Both the position numbers and the translations under genes were made by a program. This document shows positions 1 through 9,463 of a DNA stretch of 64,000 nucleotides, one piece after another (positions within the stretch are counted from its first letter, which is position 1; each line of letters starts with the position of its first letter). Under the pieces are notes generated by a model. It did not search any database, was not told the DNA's origin, and worked only from the letters and a program-made list of their open reading frames with translations. The stretch is from a virus, in IMG/VR virus record IMGVR_UViG_3300035703_000020, positions 1 to 64,000 of that record; one strand, 5' to 3'.

Positions 1-771
1 AATTGGACCCCTCAGGCGAGCTGGAACATCGACAAGCTCGACGGCACTGGCCCCTCCGGCGTGACGCTGAACCCACAGACCCTCAACATCTTCCAGATCA
101 GTTTCCGCTGGCTCGGGGCAGGGGAGATGAGATTCGCCATCGAAGATCCCTCAACCGGGGACATGATCTTCTTCCATCACATCCACTACTCCAATGCCAA
201 CACGACGGTCCACCTGGACAACCCGTCCCTGAAGATAGGGTACGTGGCGGCCGACCTCCTGGGCAGCGGGACCGGTACCGTGACAGCGTCCGGAGCGTCG
301 ATCCTGGGCGCCATCGAGGGGGTCATCCAGACGACTAAGTGGCCGGTGGCGGCGTCGGGGTCGAGGACCACGGTCATGAACTCCGGGTCCATCTACCACG
401 TCCTGTCGGTCCGAAACGATACTGTTGGAGCTAACAAGATCAATACGAGGGAGATCATCCTCAAGAAGCTAGCGATAGGCGCGACGGCCGCGTCCTCCGC
501 GTCGTGCTTCGTCTACCTCTACATCACGCCCACCCACTCTGTCGCGCCTTACTACACGGCCGTCACCGGATTCTCGAGCCAGTCCACCACAGAAGCTACG
601 CTCTCAGGCACGCCCATAGCGGTATTCACAACGACGACCGGGGCCCCAAACACATTTGACCTCGAGGACCTACGGATAGTTCTGCCGGCCGGGACTGATC
701 TCGGAATCGGTATCTCCTCGACCGCAAACTTGCAACGAGCCGACGCGGCTCTGACATACATTGAGGACTAA
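1..771 (+). CDS. Virion structural protein, 5'-truncated by the window edge
   Basis: Frame is open from base 1 (NWTPQASWNIDKLDGTGPSG...WLGAGEMRF). Ser/Thr-rich beta-type composition next to fibre-like genes. Confidence 0.55.
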   Translation, partial: NWTPQASWNIDKLDGTGPSGVTLNPQTLNIFQISFRWLGAGEMRFAIEDPSTGDMIFFHHIHYSNANTTVHLDNPSLKIGYVAADLLGSGTGTVTASGASILGAIEGVIQTTKWPVAASGSRTTVMNSGSIYHVLSVRNDTVGANKINTREIILKKLAIGATAASSASCFVYLYITPTHSVAPYYTAVTGFSSQSTTEATLSGTPIAVFTTTTGAPNTFDLEDLRIVLPAGTDLGIGISSTANLQRADAALTYIED

Positions 772-812
772 GGCCAAAATGGCGGGTAAGACGTAGGTTC
801 GCGGCGAGGCCC

Positions 813-1175
813 ATGTACGGACACTTCAACGAGAAAGTCATCAGCCTGCTCGACCTGATGAGGGCGGAGGACAAGAAGTTCCGCGACGCCCTCACGAAGA
901 AGACCCGCGAGCCCGACTCCGACATCGCCTACGACGTCGAGCGCGGCGAGAGGGGCATCCACGCGTCGATGGGCCGCGACAAGTCCTCCCGCGAGGACTT
1001 CCAGCGGGCGCGCCTGGGCCGCGAGTGGGCGCGCGAGTCTGAGCACGCGCACAAGGGGTACCCCGACTGGCACCCGAAGGAGATCGAGACCCCGGGCGTG
1101 CAGAAGCTCAAGCCCGGGCGGGGCATCGGCTTCTTCCCCGGCATCAAGGGCAAGGGCTTTCGCTCAGGCGGTTAA
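813..1175 (+). CDS. Hypothetical, possibly an internal head protein
   Basis: Charged ORF preceded by GGGTAAG at 784. N-terminus MYGHFNEKVISLL resembles that of 32495. Confidence 0.5.
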   Translation: MYGHFNEKVISLLDLMRAEDKKFRDALTKKTREPDSDIAYDVERGERGIHASMGRDKSSREDFQRARLGREWARESEHAHKGYPDWHPKEIETPGVQKLKPGRGIGFFPGIKGKGFRSGG

Positions 1176-1205
1176 AGACGACAATCACCACACACGGACA
1201 GCACA

Positions 1206-1475
1206 ATGAACGAAGAGCAGGAGCTCGCCGCCCTGGAGGCGGAACTGGCGGCGCTCGAGGCGGTCGCGAAGGGTCGGACCGAGGAGGCCGCGCCAGCGCC
1301 GGAGCCCGAACCCGAACCGACCCCGGTGGCCGAGGCGCCAAAGCCCAAGAAGCAGAAGAAGGCCGAGCCCAAGGCGGCCGAGGTCAAGCCCCCGGCCGAC
1401 CCGAAGGCCGAGGCAGTCCGGCTGTACGGCGCCGCGCGCCTGCACGCCAAGCGCCGGGCCAAGGGGCTCCGCTGA
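1206..1475 (+). CDS. Hypothetical Ala/Glu/Pro/Lys-rich protein
   Basis: ATG ORF with phage-like codon bias and low complexity. Confidence 0.5.
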   Translation: MNEEQELAALEAELAALEAVAKGRTEEAAPAPEPEPEPTPVAEAPKPKKQKKAEPKAAEVKPPADPKAEAVRLYGAARLHAKRRAKGLR

Positions 1476-1550
1476 GCCCGTATATACCCTGAAAAACTCG
1501 CGGGGCGCACAGGTAAGAACGCCCCGTAGAGGACGACCCACGAGAATGAC

Positions 1551-2519
1551 ATGCCTCTGAAGACCAACGGCGGGATCATCGGCCCGACCATCACTCCAAC
1601 CGGGTCGGCGGCGTCCGGCCGCTGGACCACCCCCGAGCAGTACAAGTGGCGTAAGAACAGCTCCTGGCCTGGCCAGACGCCTGTGGCCACCGGCGGCACC
1701 GAGACCACGATCACGGGTTACAAGGTCCACACCTTTACGACCAGCGGCACGTTCACCGTCAATAGCGGCGCCTTCAACGTTGAGTACCTGGTGATCGCCG
1801 GCGGCGGTGCCGGCCCTGGCGGCGCGTACCACGGCGGCGGCGGCGGCGCCGGCGGCTTCCGCACGAACCAGCCCGGCAACCCGAAGACGTCCGGGGCGAC
1901 CTTCCCCGTGACCCCGGGCCCCTACCCAGTCGCGGTCGGCGCCGGCGGCGCCGGGGGCCCTAGCTCATTCGGCGGCGCCGGGGGCGCCGGCCAGGCCTCG
2001 AACTTCGGGACGATCCCGTCCGCCGGCGGCGGCTACGGCGCCGTATACTCGTGGACCTCGGCCGGCAGCGGCGGCAGCGGTGGAGGCGGCGGGGAGATCC
2101 CCGGCGGCGTTAACACCGGCGGGCAGGGCAACGTCCCGCCCATCTCGCCGCCGCAGGGCAACCCGGGCGGCAGCTTCATACCGAGCTTCTGCTCGGGCGG
2201 CGGTGGTGGTGCGAACGCCGCGGGCTCTGACGGCAACCCAGCAATCGCCCAGGGCGGCCCAGGCGGGGCGGGCCTGGCCAGCAACATCTCCGGCTCCCCG
2301 GTGACCTACGCCGGCGGGGGCGGCGGCAGTGGTTACTCAAGCGAAAATGGCGGGGCCGGCGGGTCCGGCGGCGGCGGCGCGTCCCCGCCGAGCGGCGGCT
2401 CCAGCGGGCAGGCTGGCGGCACGAACACCGGCGGTGGGGGCGGCGCGGCCAAGTCCCACACGGCGGGCATCGGCGGAAATGGAGGCAGCGGCATCGTCAT
2501 CGTCCGCTATGCCGCCTGA
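1551..2519 (+). CDS. Glycine-rich virion/fibre protein, copy 1
   Basis: ATGGTETTITGYKVHTFTTSGTF, VEYLVIAGGG, C-terminal GGNGGSGIVIVRY. Confidence 0.75.
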   Translation: MPLKTNGGIIGPTITPTGSAASGRWTTPEQYKWRKNSSWPGQTPVATGGTETTITGYKVHTFTTSGTFTVNSGAFNVEYLVIAGGGAGPGGAYHGGGGGAGGFRTNQPGNPKTSGATFPVTPGPYPVAVGAGGAGGPSSFGGAGGAGQASNFGTIPSAGGGYGAVYSWTSAGSGGSGGGGGEIPGGVNTGGQGNVPPISPPQGNPGGSFIPSFCSGGGGGANAAGSDGNPAIAQGGPGGAGLASNISGSPVTYAGGGGGSGYSSENGGAGGSGGGGASPPSGGSSGQAGGTNTGGGGGAAKSHTAGIGGNGGSGIVIVRYAA

Positions 2520-2568
2520 CGCAGGCCCAGAGAATTCACCCCCCATACCGCATTCACGCTAAGATCAG

Positions 2569-2964
2569 ATGGCCCACCACGCTTTCATCGACGAGAACAA
2601 CATCGTCATCGACGTCCAGGTGATCACCCGGGACGTCATCGACACCGGCGAGTTCGGAGACCCCACGCGCTGGATCAAGACCTCGTACAACACCCGCGGC
2701 GGCGTCCACTACGAGCCCAACTCTTGGACGCCCTCCCCGGACCAGTCGAAGGCCCTGCGGAAGAACTACGCCGGCGTCGGCTACACGTACGACCCAATCC
2801 TCGACGCGTTCTACGAGCCCAAGCCGTACCCCTCCTGGATCCTCGACCCCGACACCTGCTACTGGGAGCCCCCGGTGCCGCGCCCGCCGGTCCGCGAGGG
2901 CTACACGCAGGAGTGGGACGAGGCCGCCCAGGAGTGGGTGGAAGTGCCCATGAACCCAGCCTGA
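2569..2964 (+). CDS. Conserved partner of Gly-rich fibre proteins (fibre assembly-like)
   Basis: MAHHAFIDENNIV...WIKTSYN...LRKNYAGVGYTYDP...DAFYEPKPYPSW; lies between the two Gly-rich paralogs. Confidence 0.65.
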   Translation: MAHHAFIDENNIVIDVQVITRDVIDTGEFGDPTRWIKTSYNTRGGVHYEPNSWTPSPDQSKALRKNYAGVGYTYDPILDAFYEPKPYPSWILDPDTCYWEPPVPRPPVREGYTQEWDEAAQEWVEVPMNPA

Positions 2965-2974
2965 GGAGACTGAC

Positions 2975-3916
2975 ATGAGGGATAACGGAAACATCCTCGG
3001 GGTGGCGAACATACCGTCCACGGCTAGCGCCAAGGGCGTGTGGCGGCTGGACGAGGCATACCAGGCCCAGCGCGACGGCAAGTGGCCGACGACCACCATC
3101 ACGCCGGTCGCAACGGGCGGCACAGAGACGACCATCTCCGGATACAAGGTCCACACCTTCACCACCGGCGGGACCTTCACGGTCAACACCGGGGCGTTCA
3201 ACGTCGAGTACCTGGTGGTCGCCGGGGGCGGCTCCGGCGGCGGCTCGGGCAGCACGAACGTGTACGGCTCCGGCGGCGGCGGCGCGGGCGGGTACCGCAC
3301 CAACCAGCCGGGGAACCCGCTGGCAAGCGGCGCCACGTTCCCCGTCACGCCAGGCCCTTACTCGGTCAGTGTCGGCGGCGGCGGCGCCGGCAGCAGTAAC
3401 TCCGGCACCAACGGCCAGGCGTCGGTGTTCTCTTCCGTCCCGTCCGCCGGCGGCGGCCGCGGCGGCTACTATCCTGGCACCCCGGGCTTGGCCGGCGGGT
3501 CCGGCGGCGGCGGCGAGTCCTACGGCGGCACCTTCGGCCAGGGTAACGTGCCGCCGGTGTCGCCGCCGCAGGGCAACCCCGGGGGCACGGCCCTCTCGCC
3601 GTACGGCGGCGGGGGCGGCGGCGCCAACGCGGTCGGGCAGAACGGCCAGCCCACCAGGGGCGGCTCCGGCGGCAACGGCGTGGCCAGCAACATCTCCGGC
3701 TCGCCCATCACTTACGGCGGCGGCGGCGGCGGCGGTGACATCTCTACTGGTGGCCCGGGCCCAGGGGGCACAGGCGGCGGCGGCGCCGGCGGGGCCCAGA
3801 ACAACGGGCAGGCCGGCGGCACGAACACCGGCGGCGGCGGCGGGGGTGTCGGCGGCAGCCTGCACACGAGCGGCAACGGCGGCTCAGGCATCGTCGTCGT
3901 CCGCTACGCCATCTGA
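2975..3916 (+). CDS. Glycine-rich virion/fibre protein, copy 2
   Basis: Paralog of 1551-2519 with the same motif order. Confidence 0.75.
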   Translation: MRDNGNILGVANIPSTASAKGVWRLDEAYQAQRDGKWPTTTITPVATGGTETTISGYKVHTFTTGGTFTVNTGAFNVEYLVVAGGGSGGGSGSTNVYGSGGGGAGGYRTNQPGNPLASGATFPVTPGPYSVSVGGGGAGSSNSGTNGQASVFSSVPSAGGGRGGYYPGTPGLAGGSGGGGESYGGTFGQGNVPPVSPPQGNPGGTALSPYGGGGGGANAVGQNGQPTRGGSGGNGVASNISGSPITYGGGGGGGDISTGGPGPGGTGGGGAGGAQNNGQAGGTNTGGGGGGVGGSLHTSGNGGSGIVVVRYAI

Positions 3917-3926
3917 GGCCGGCGCC

Positions 3927-4181
3927 ATGTCACCGCACCTCGTCCACAGCTTCGCCAGGCACCGCGGCGTCCGCGGCGTCCACTTCTACGACGGCGGCGG
4001 GTGCGAGTTCTTCCGGTGGGACGACCTCCTCGCCACCCTGGGGAGGTCGGACTTCCCGGAGGTCTTCCGCGACAAGCTCGTGGAGGCCGTGGCGAACTAC
4101 GACCCGGACGCCGAGTTCATAGCTGTCTCGGCCGGCGGCGGGCAGCTGACCATCGAGATGTTCAAGGCGCTCACGGTGTGA
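3927..4181 (+). CDS. Hypothetical protein, weak resemblance to the CcmS C-terminus
   Basis: ATG at 3927; ends NYDPDAEFIAVSAGGGQLTIEMF. Confidence 0.45.
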   Translation: MSPHLVHSFARHRGVRGVHFYDGGGCEFFRWDDLLATLGRSDFPEVFRDKLVEAVANYDPDAEFIAVSAGGGQLTIEMFKALTV

Positions 4182-4247
4182 GCGTGCGGCCGGGGAACCG
4201 GCACGGGGGTCCGACCGATCGGGCCCCCGATCTTGTATGATGGTCTC

Positions 4248-4745
4248 ATGACAAAGACCAAGTACGACCTAGCCGTGACCTTCGGCCGCTTCAACCTCCT
4301 CCACCGCGGCCACGTCGACATGTTCGAGCGCATGGCCGACCTGGCGCTCGACTGCCTTATCGGTGTGTCGACGGGTCCCGGCAACCTGCCCGCCGACCAG
4401 CGCGTGGCGGTCATCGAGAAGGCGATAGGCATCAACGGCATCGTCGCCGAGGTCATGGGCTCCGTGTACGACACGGCGAAGGCCGGCAACCCGTTCGCCT
4501 TCTTCGAGTACGTGACCGCCGGGCCCGGCCGCGTCGTGCTCGTCCTGGGCGAGGACCAGGAGGGCCTGGCCAAGGCGGCGGAGCGCGTGCTCGGGTGGGA
4601 CTACCACCTCGTCAGGCGCCTCGGCAGCAGCACCGAGGTTCGCTCGCTGATCGACAACGAACAATGGGACCGGCTGGTAGACGTCGTCCCAGCCGAGATA
4701 CTCGGCGACGTCTGCCGCCTGAGAGCCCTCGAATTGAAGAAGTAA
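4248..4745 (+). CDS. HIGH-motif cytidyltransferase-like nucleotidyltransferase
   Basis: TFGRFNLLHRGH and SSTEVR motifs. ATG lies 6 nt after TATGAT. Confidence 0.75.
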   Translation: MTKTKYDLAVTFGRFNLLHRGHVDMFERMADLALDCLIGVSTGPGNLPADQRVAVIEKAIGINGIVAEVMGSVYDTAKAGNPFAFFEYVTAGPGRVVLVLGEDQEGLAKAAERVLGWDYHLVRRLGSSTEVRSLIDNEQWDRLVDVVPAEILGDVCRLRALELKK

Positions 4746-4879
4746 CATGGCCATCGACAAGCCCAAGAACAACCTCTACAAGATCCCGCACCTCTCGACG
4801 ATGACCTACGAGGACATCAAGGCGTTCGAGCAGAACGGGATCACCCCCCGCAACCCGAACAGGATCAAAGGAGGATCCG

Positions 4880-5041
4880 ATGGACAGCGAGAACAACAAG
4901 CGGCGGGACAGGATCCCGTCGGGTGACGTAAAGCCCTGCGGCTGCCCGGTCGAGGACGAGTGCGACCACGTCTTCTCCGGCTTCAGGGACTATTGCAAGT
5001 ACAATCCGGGCGCGCCTGAATGCAAGATCTTCGACCTGTAG
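4880..5041 (+). CDS. cp12: CP12-like protein, 53 aa (absent from the ORF track)
   Basis: Translated by hand; ends FRDYCKYNPGAPECKIFDL, the CP12 C-terminal Cys pair. AAAGGAGG ribosome-binding site upstream. Confidence 0.75.
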   Translation: MDSENNKRRDRIPSGDVKPCGCPVEDECDHVFSGFRDYCKYNPGAPECKIFDL

Positions 5042-5610
5042 AGCGACACGAGAACTTCCTGGGCCAGGACGGCGCCGCGCGGCTGCGCGAGCTGCTCCTG
5101 GGCCGCGACTTCCCGTGGTACTACAACCCGATCGCAAACTACCAGAGCGAGGACGAGGCGCCGCCGGCCGGGCTCGAGGCGTTTGAGGACTGCTTCCAGT
5201 TCACCCACGCCTTCGTCAATAATATGGGCGAGGTCAACTCCGCCCTGTGCGACTTCGTCCTCGAGGGCCTGGGCGTGCTCAGGGCGGCGAGGGCCGCGGG
5301 CGCGGGCGGGGACCTCCTCAGGGCGAAGGCCAACCTGCTGACGAGGCGCGGGGCCGAGCAGGTGACGCAGCCGCACGCGGATCTCACCGAGGAGGCCACG
5401 TCCGTGATCGTCTACGTCAACGATAGCGACGGGGACACGGTCTTCTTCAACAAGCAGTACGGCGACCCGGACCTCTCCGATCTCACGGTCGTCGACAGGG
5501 CGCAGCCCGCGGCCGATACGGCGGTGGTCTTCGACGCCAGGCAGTACCACGCCGGGTCGCTGCCCGTCCGCTCCAAGGTCAGGGTCGTGATCAATCTGCT
5601 CTTCAAATAG
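5020..5610 (+). CDS. 2OG-Fe(II) oxygenase
   Basis: PHAD...IVYVNDSDGDTVFF...FDARQYHAG...RVVIN. Confidence 0.75.
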   Translation: MQDLRPVERHENFLGQDGAARLRELLLGRDFPWYYNPIANYQSEDEAPPAGLEAFEDCFQFTHAFVNNMGEVNSALCDFVLEGLGVLRAARAAGAGGDLLRAKANLLTRRGAEQVTQPHADLTEEATSVIVYVNDSDGDTVFFNKQYGDPDLSDLTVVDRAQPAADTAVVFDARQYHAGSLPVRSKVRVVINLLFK

Positions 5611-5637
5611 GAAAGCCGCCCCGGAGGGCGGCGTTTC
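5611..5637. terminator. Hairpin between convergent genes
   Basis: GCCGCCC-CGGA-GGGCGGC flanked by GAAA and TTTC. Confidence 0.6.
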
Positions 5638-5652
5638 AGTATCTGGGCGCGG

Positions 5653-6048
5653 TCAGCCGAGGTCCTCGACCGTCACGGCGACCGTCTTGGCCTGCCGCTT
5701 GGGGATGCTGAGGGTGAGGAGCCCGTGCTTGACCGAGGCCGACGCGTTGTCGCCGTCGACCCGCGCGCCGATCGTGAAGTACGCGTTGCCGCGCGGCGTC
5801 TCGACGTGGATGGCGCGGCCCTCGACCCGGACGCTGATGTCCTTCGGGTCGACACCGGGGACGTCCACCTTGGCGTAGACCGCCTCGTCGTCGGAGTCGA
5901 TCTCGTAGCTCAGGCCGCGCGTCTGGCGGCCGTAGTTGTAGCCGTTTCCGAAGAGGTTGTCGAGGTGGTCGAACATCCGGTCGACGCTGGTCGTCGGGAC
6001 GCCGTCGCCGCGGAGGGTGAGTGTGTGGAGGCTTGGGATGCTGGTCAT
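5653..6048 (-). CDS. Small heat shock protein (Hsp20)
   Basis: DVPGVDPKDISVRVEG...ASVKHGLLTLSIPK alpha-crystallin motifs. Confidence 0.85.
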   Translation of the reverse strand: MTSIPSLHTLTLRGDGVPTTSVDRMFDHLDNLFGNGYNYGRQTRGLSYEIDSDDEAVYAKVDVPGVDPKDISVRVEGRAIHVETPRGNAYFTIGARVDGDNASASVKHGLLTLSIPKRQAKTVAVTVEDLG

Positions 6049-6164
6049 GTCGATCTCCTGAGGATCCGTGATGGATTAAGGGTCAGGCGAAGGCTTGCGT
6101 TGCCTTCACAATTTTTATACCCTGCCGCGGACCGAGTATAATCCGCCCAGACTGCGGAGATGGC

Positions 6165-6713
6165 TTGGAGCTAGCGGACTACATCAAGGTCTACAACGTG
6201 GGCGGAGACATCTGCGACAGGATCCTCGACGGCAAGACCGACCCCGGGCTGTGGTCGCCGCACTGCTGGAACGACTACGGCTCCGGCGAGTTCACGACCC
6301 ACGAGGAGAAGGAGCTCGACGTCCTCTTCCTACAGGAGGGCGACACCTCCCTCGCCATCACGGCTCAGGTCACCCGCACGCTGCTCCAGGCCTACTGCAT
6401 GCAGCACCCGGCGGCCGCGGTCTCGGAGTTCAACGACGCGCGCCTCAACCGCTACCTGCCCGGGACCGTCATGCGCAGGCACGTCGACCACATCCACACG
6501 ATCTTCGACGGGCAGGCCAAGGGCATCCCGATCCTCACCATCCTGATGAACCTCAACGACGGGTACGAGGGCGGCGGGCTCATCGTCTGCGATCGGGAAT
6601 ACAATCTGAACAAGGGCGACGTCATCATCTTCCCCTCCTGCTTCCTGTTCCCGCACGAGGTAAGGGAAGTAACGTCAGGCGTCCGCTTCTCAGCGGTGTC
6701 CTGGGCCTGGTAA
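6165..6713 (+). CDS. 2OG-Fe(II) oxygenase (prolyl-4-hydroxylase-like)
   Basis: HVD...LNDGYEGG...FPSCFLFPHEV...GVRFS. Confidence 0.85.
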   Translation: MELADYIKVYNVGGDICDRILDGKTDPGLWSPHCWNDYGSGEFTTHEEKELDVLFLQEGDTSLAITAQVTRTLLQAYCMQHPAAAVSEFNDARLNRYLPGTVMRRHVDHIHTIFDGQAKGIPILTILMNLNDGYEGGGLIVCDREYNLNKGDVIIFPSCFLFPHEVREVTSGVRFSAVSWAW

Positions 6714-6736
6714 GCGTTAAACACAGCGGAAACGAC

Positions 6737-7345
6737 ATGGCATTCCAGACGATGTGGTACCACACCGATCTCCCGGACGGGATAGTGGACACCATGGTCA
6801 AGGACCTGGAGAAGTACAACGAGCGGATGGACGTGTCCAAGCTCTACAACGGCGGGATGGACCTGGACCGGCGCAACAGCAAGAACACGTGGGTCCCGAC
6901 CGCCAGCTGGATCGGGGCGTTCTGCCTGTCCTACGTGGAGCGCGCCAACCGGGAGAACTTCCTCTACGACATCGAGGGCTTCGACGGGGAGAACCTGCAG
7001 TACACCCAGTACGGTGAGGGCGAGTTCTACCAGTGGCACGTCGACGGCGGCCTGGCCAACGCGTTCAAGCCCGGCTGCCAGCACGAGACCTGGGGCAACG
7101 ATTACGTGCAGTCGCGCTCGGAAAAGGTGCGCAAGCTGTCATTCGCCCTGCAGCTCTCGGGCTCGGACGAGTACGGCGGCGGCGAGTTCCAGTTCCAGGA
7201 CGACAACGGGAACTCCTACTTCGCCCCGAAGAAGCGGGGGACCATCATCATCTTCGACAGCCGCGCCAGGCACCGCGTGAAGAAGGTCACGCGCGGTGTC
7301 CGCAGGTCCATAGTCGGCTGGGTCATGGGACCCCGCTGGAAGTGA
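6737..7345 (+). CDS. 2OG-Fe(II) oxygenase
   Basis: WHVD...RKLSFALQLS...YGGGEF...HRVKKVTRGVRRSIVGW. Start placed at ATG 6737. Confidence 0.85.
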   Translation: MAFQTMWYHTDLPDGIVDTMVKDLEKYNERMDVSKLYNGGMDLDRRNSKNTWVPTASWIGAFCLSYVERANRENFLYDIEGFDGENLQYTQYGEGEFYQWHVDGGLANAFKPGCQHETWGNDYVQSRSEKVRKLSFALQLSGSDEYGGGEFQFQDDNGNSYFAPKKRGTIIIFDSRARHRVKKVTRGVRRSIVGWVMGPRWK

Positions 7346-7355
7346 GGGGACGGGC

Positions 7356-7928
7356 ATGATCGACAAGGACTGGCACGCCATCCCCGTGAAGGGGATGATC
7401 GACCCCGCGCCCTACACGCAGGGCCCGCCGAAGGAGAGGGGCAAGCTCAACTACGACAAGCGCGGCGAGCTGACGCACCACGAGCACACCGAGATGCAGG
7501 TCAACGGCAGCGTGGCGCGGTACGGCATCCCGCTGCTGAGGCCCGCCCATCAGGACATCCAGCAGGCGGTGCAGAAGATCATCGGCGAGAAGCTCTACCC
7601 CACCTACTACTACGACAGGTTCTACTTCAGGGGCCAGGAGCTCGCGCGCCACACCGACCGCGGCGCGTGCGAGATCAGCGTCACCGTCAACATCTCGCAC
7701 AACCTCGACTACGACTGGCCGATCTACTTCGAGCTCCCTGGCGGCGAGGTGAGGGAGTTCGTCATGCAGCCAGGTGACGGCGTCATCTACCACGGCATCA
7801 CGCTGCCGCACTGGCGCGAGCCGATGAGGGGTGGGGCCGACTCCTACTTCCACCAGTGCTTCTTCCACTACGTGCGGGCCGACGGTGACTTCCTGCAGCA
7901 CGCCTTCGACATGGGCGGGCCGGGCTGA
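7356..7928 (+). CDS. 2OG-Fe(II) oxygenase-like
   Basis: HTDRGACEISVT...PGDGVIY.G...HWRE...FFHYV. Confidence 0.75.
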   Translation: MIDKDWHAIPVKGMIDPAPYTQGPPKERGKLNYDKRGELTHHEHTEMQVNGSVARYGIPLLRPAHQDIQQAVQKIIGEKLYPTYYYDRFYFRGQELARHTDRGACEISVTVNISHNLDYDWPIYFELPGGEVREFVMQPGDGVIYHGITLPHWREPMRGGADSYFHQCFFHYVRADGDFLQHAFDMGGPG

Positions 7929-7964
7929 CCGGGTAAGATGCCTCGGAAGACGTTCGGAAACACG

Positions 7965-8381
7965 ATGAACCCCGCGCTAGCCGCCGCGCTGCTCAAGGCG
8001 CAGAATGACCTCGTCATCGCGGCCCGCCTGTCCCACTGGAACGTGCGCGGGATGAACTTCTACGAGTCCCACCTGCTGTTCGGCCGCGTGTACGAGACCG
8101 CCTCGGACAAGGTGGACTCGCTGGTCGAGGTGCTGCGCGGGCTGGGCTACGACCCGACGTTCGAGGAGTTCTCCGGCCCGGGCGGCGCGCTGCAGTCCTA
8201 CAGCTGCCAGGACCTCGTGCGCATGCTGATCGGCTACGCCACGACCTACTACGCCGCGGTCATCTCCCTCCGCAACGCGGCGCGGGACGACGACATGGCC
8301 GCCGGGCTCGTCAACCTGCTCGAGGAGCTCGCCCAGGACTGCACCGGCCTGCTCTACCTGCTATCATCTGCGCAGGTCTGA
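7965..8381 (+). CDS. dps: Dps/ferritin-like protein
   Basis: HWNVRGMNFYESHLLF...YE signature. Confidence 0.75.
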   Translation: MNPALAAALLKAQNDLVIAARLSHWNVRGMNFYESHLLFGRVYETASDKVDSLVEVLRGLGYDPTFEEFSGPGGALQSYSCQDLVRMLIGYATTYYAAVISLRNAARDDDMAAGLVNLLEELAQDCTGLLYLLSSAQV

Positions 8382-8389
8382 GGCGGCAC

Positions 8390-8593
8390 TTGGAGACGTT
8401 CACGCAGACATCGGACGCGCCGTACAACCGGCACTACTACGTCCTCCACCTGGAGGGCGGCGGGACGTCGGTGTGGGAGGACTACGAGGAGGTCCGTGAC
8501 CACTGGATGCTCAGGCAGGGCTGGGGCATGACCCACATCGAGGTGATGACCAAGCCCAAGCCGAAGAGGAAGGCGGAGCCAAAGGGCTTCTAG
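8390..8593 (+). CDS. Small cyanophage-type hypothetical protein
   Basis: FTQTSDAPYNRHYY...KGF terminus. Confidence 0.5.
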   Translation: METFTQTSDAPYNRHYYVLHLEGGGTSVWEDYEEVRDHWMLRQGWGMTHIEVMTKPKPKRKAEPKGF

Positions 8594-8656
8594 GCCGGTC
8601 AAAAAAGCGTCATGAGGGGGGCTCCCGAGGGGCCCCTCTTCTGGTATGATGATCGC

Positions 8657-9238
8657 ATGAACAAAGTCCTCTGCCAGATCAACGACGTCGGCTTCACGAG
8701 CAAGCCGACCGACGTCCGCTTCATGGGCAAGCTGCGCGACAAGATGATCCAGCGCGGCTGGGTCCAGCTCCACGACCACGAGTTCGTCCGCAAGGTCACC
8801 GAGGAGGGCACGGCCTTCTACGGCTGCCTCTTCAACGGCCGCGACCTCATGGAGACCGGCCAGCAGCGCCTCTGCTGGCGCATGCAGACCCTGGTCGGCG
8901 CCGACTTCGACCACTGTCCCGTCTCCCCAGAGGAGATGGTCCGCGTCTACGCCGACGCCGGCCTGCGCCCGTGGCTCGCCTACCCGACCTTCTCGGACGG
9001 CACCGAGCCAGGCCTCCGCTCCTACCGCCTCGTGTGGAAGTGCGAGGCCGACCTCAACGAGTCCTACGAGCGCTGGGCGTCGGCGATCCGGGCCCTCAGC
9101 GAGTTCACGCCCTACGGCGACAAGCACGCCCGCGACTGCTCGCGCATGTGGCAGGGCGGCCTGCGCGGCTTCACCCACTACGATGCCAACTCACCCCTCG
9201 TCGGAGTAGACCATGTTCTCGAAAGAACTCAAGCATGA
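8657..9238 (+). CDS. Primase-polymerase-like (AEP-related) domain protein
   Basis: DFD, YPTFS, YRLV and D..ARDCSRMW motifs. The His expected after TFS is Asp. Confidence 0.45.
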   Translation: MNKVLCQINDVGFTSKPTDVRFMGKLRDKMIQRGWVQLHDHEFVRKVTEEGTAFYGCLFNGRDLMETGQQRLCWRMQTLVGADFDHCPVSPEEMVRVYADAGLRPWLAYPTFSDGTEPGLRSYRLVWKCEADLNESYERWASAIRALSEFTPYGDKHARDCSRMWQGGLRGFTHYDANSPLVGVDHVLERTQA

Positions 9239-9463
9239 GGTCCTGCGCGAGATCGAGCGCAAGGCGTACGAGCTGCAGATCAAGGCCGGACTGGCCCAGA
9301 ACGACAAGATCAGCGTGCCCGAGCTGCTGGCCATGGAGAAGGCGCTCCATCACGAGATAAAGCGCCTGCGGAAGCTCATCCGCCAGTACGAGCAGGCGGA
9401 GAAGCGGAAGAAAAGGGACGAGCTCGAGGCGCTCATCAGCGCCGAGCTCAACCACGGGATAAA

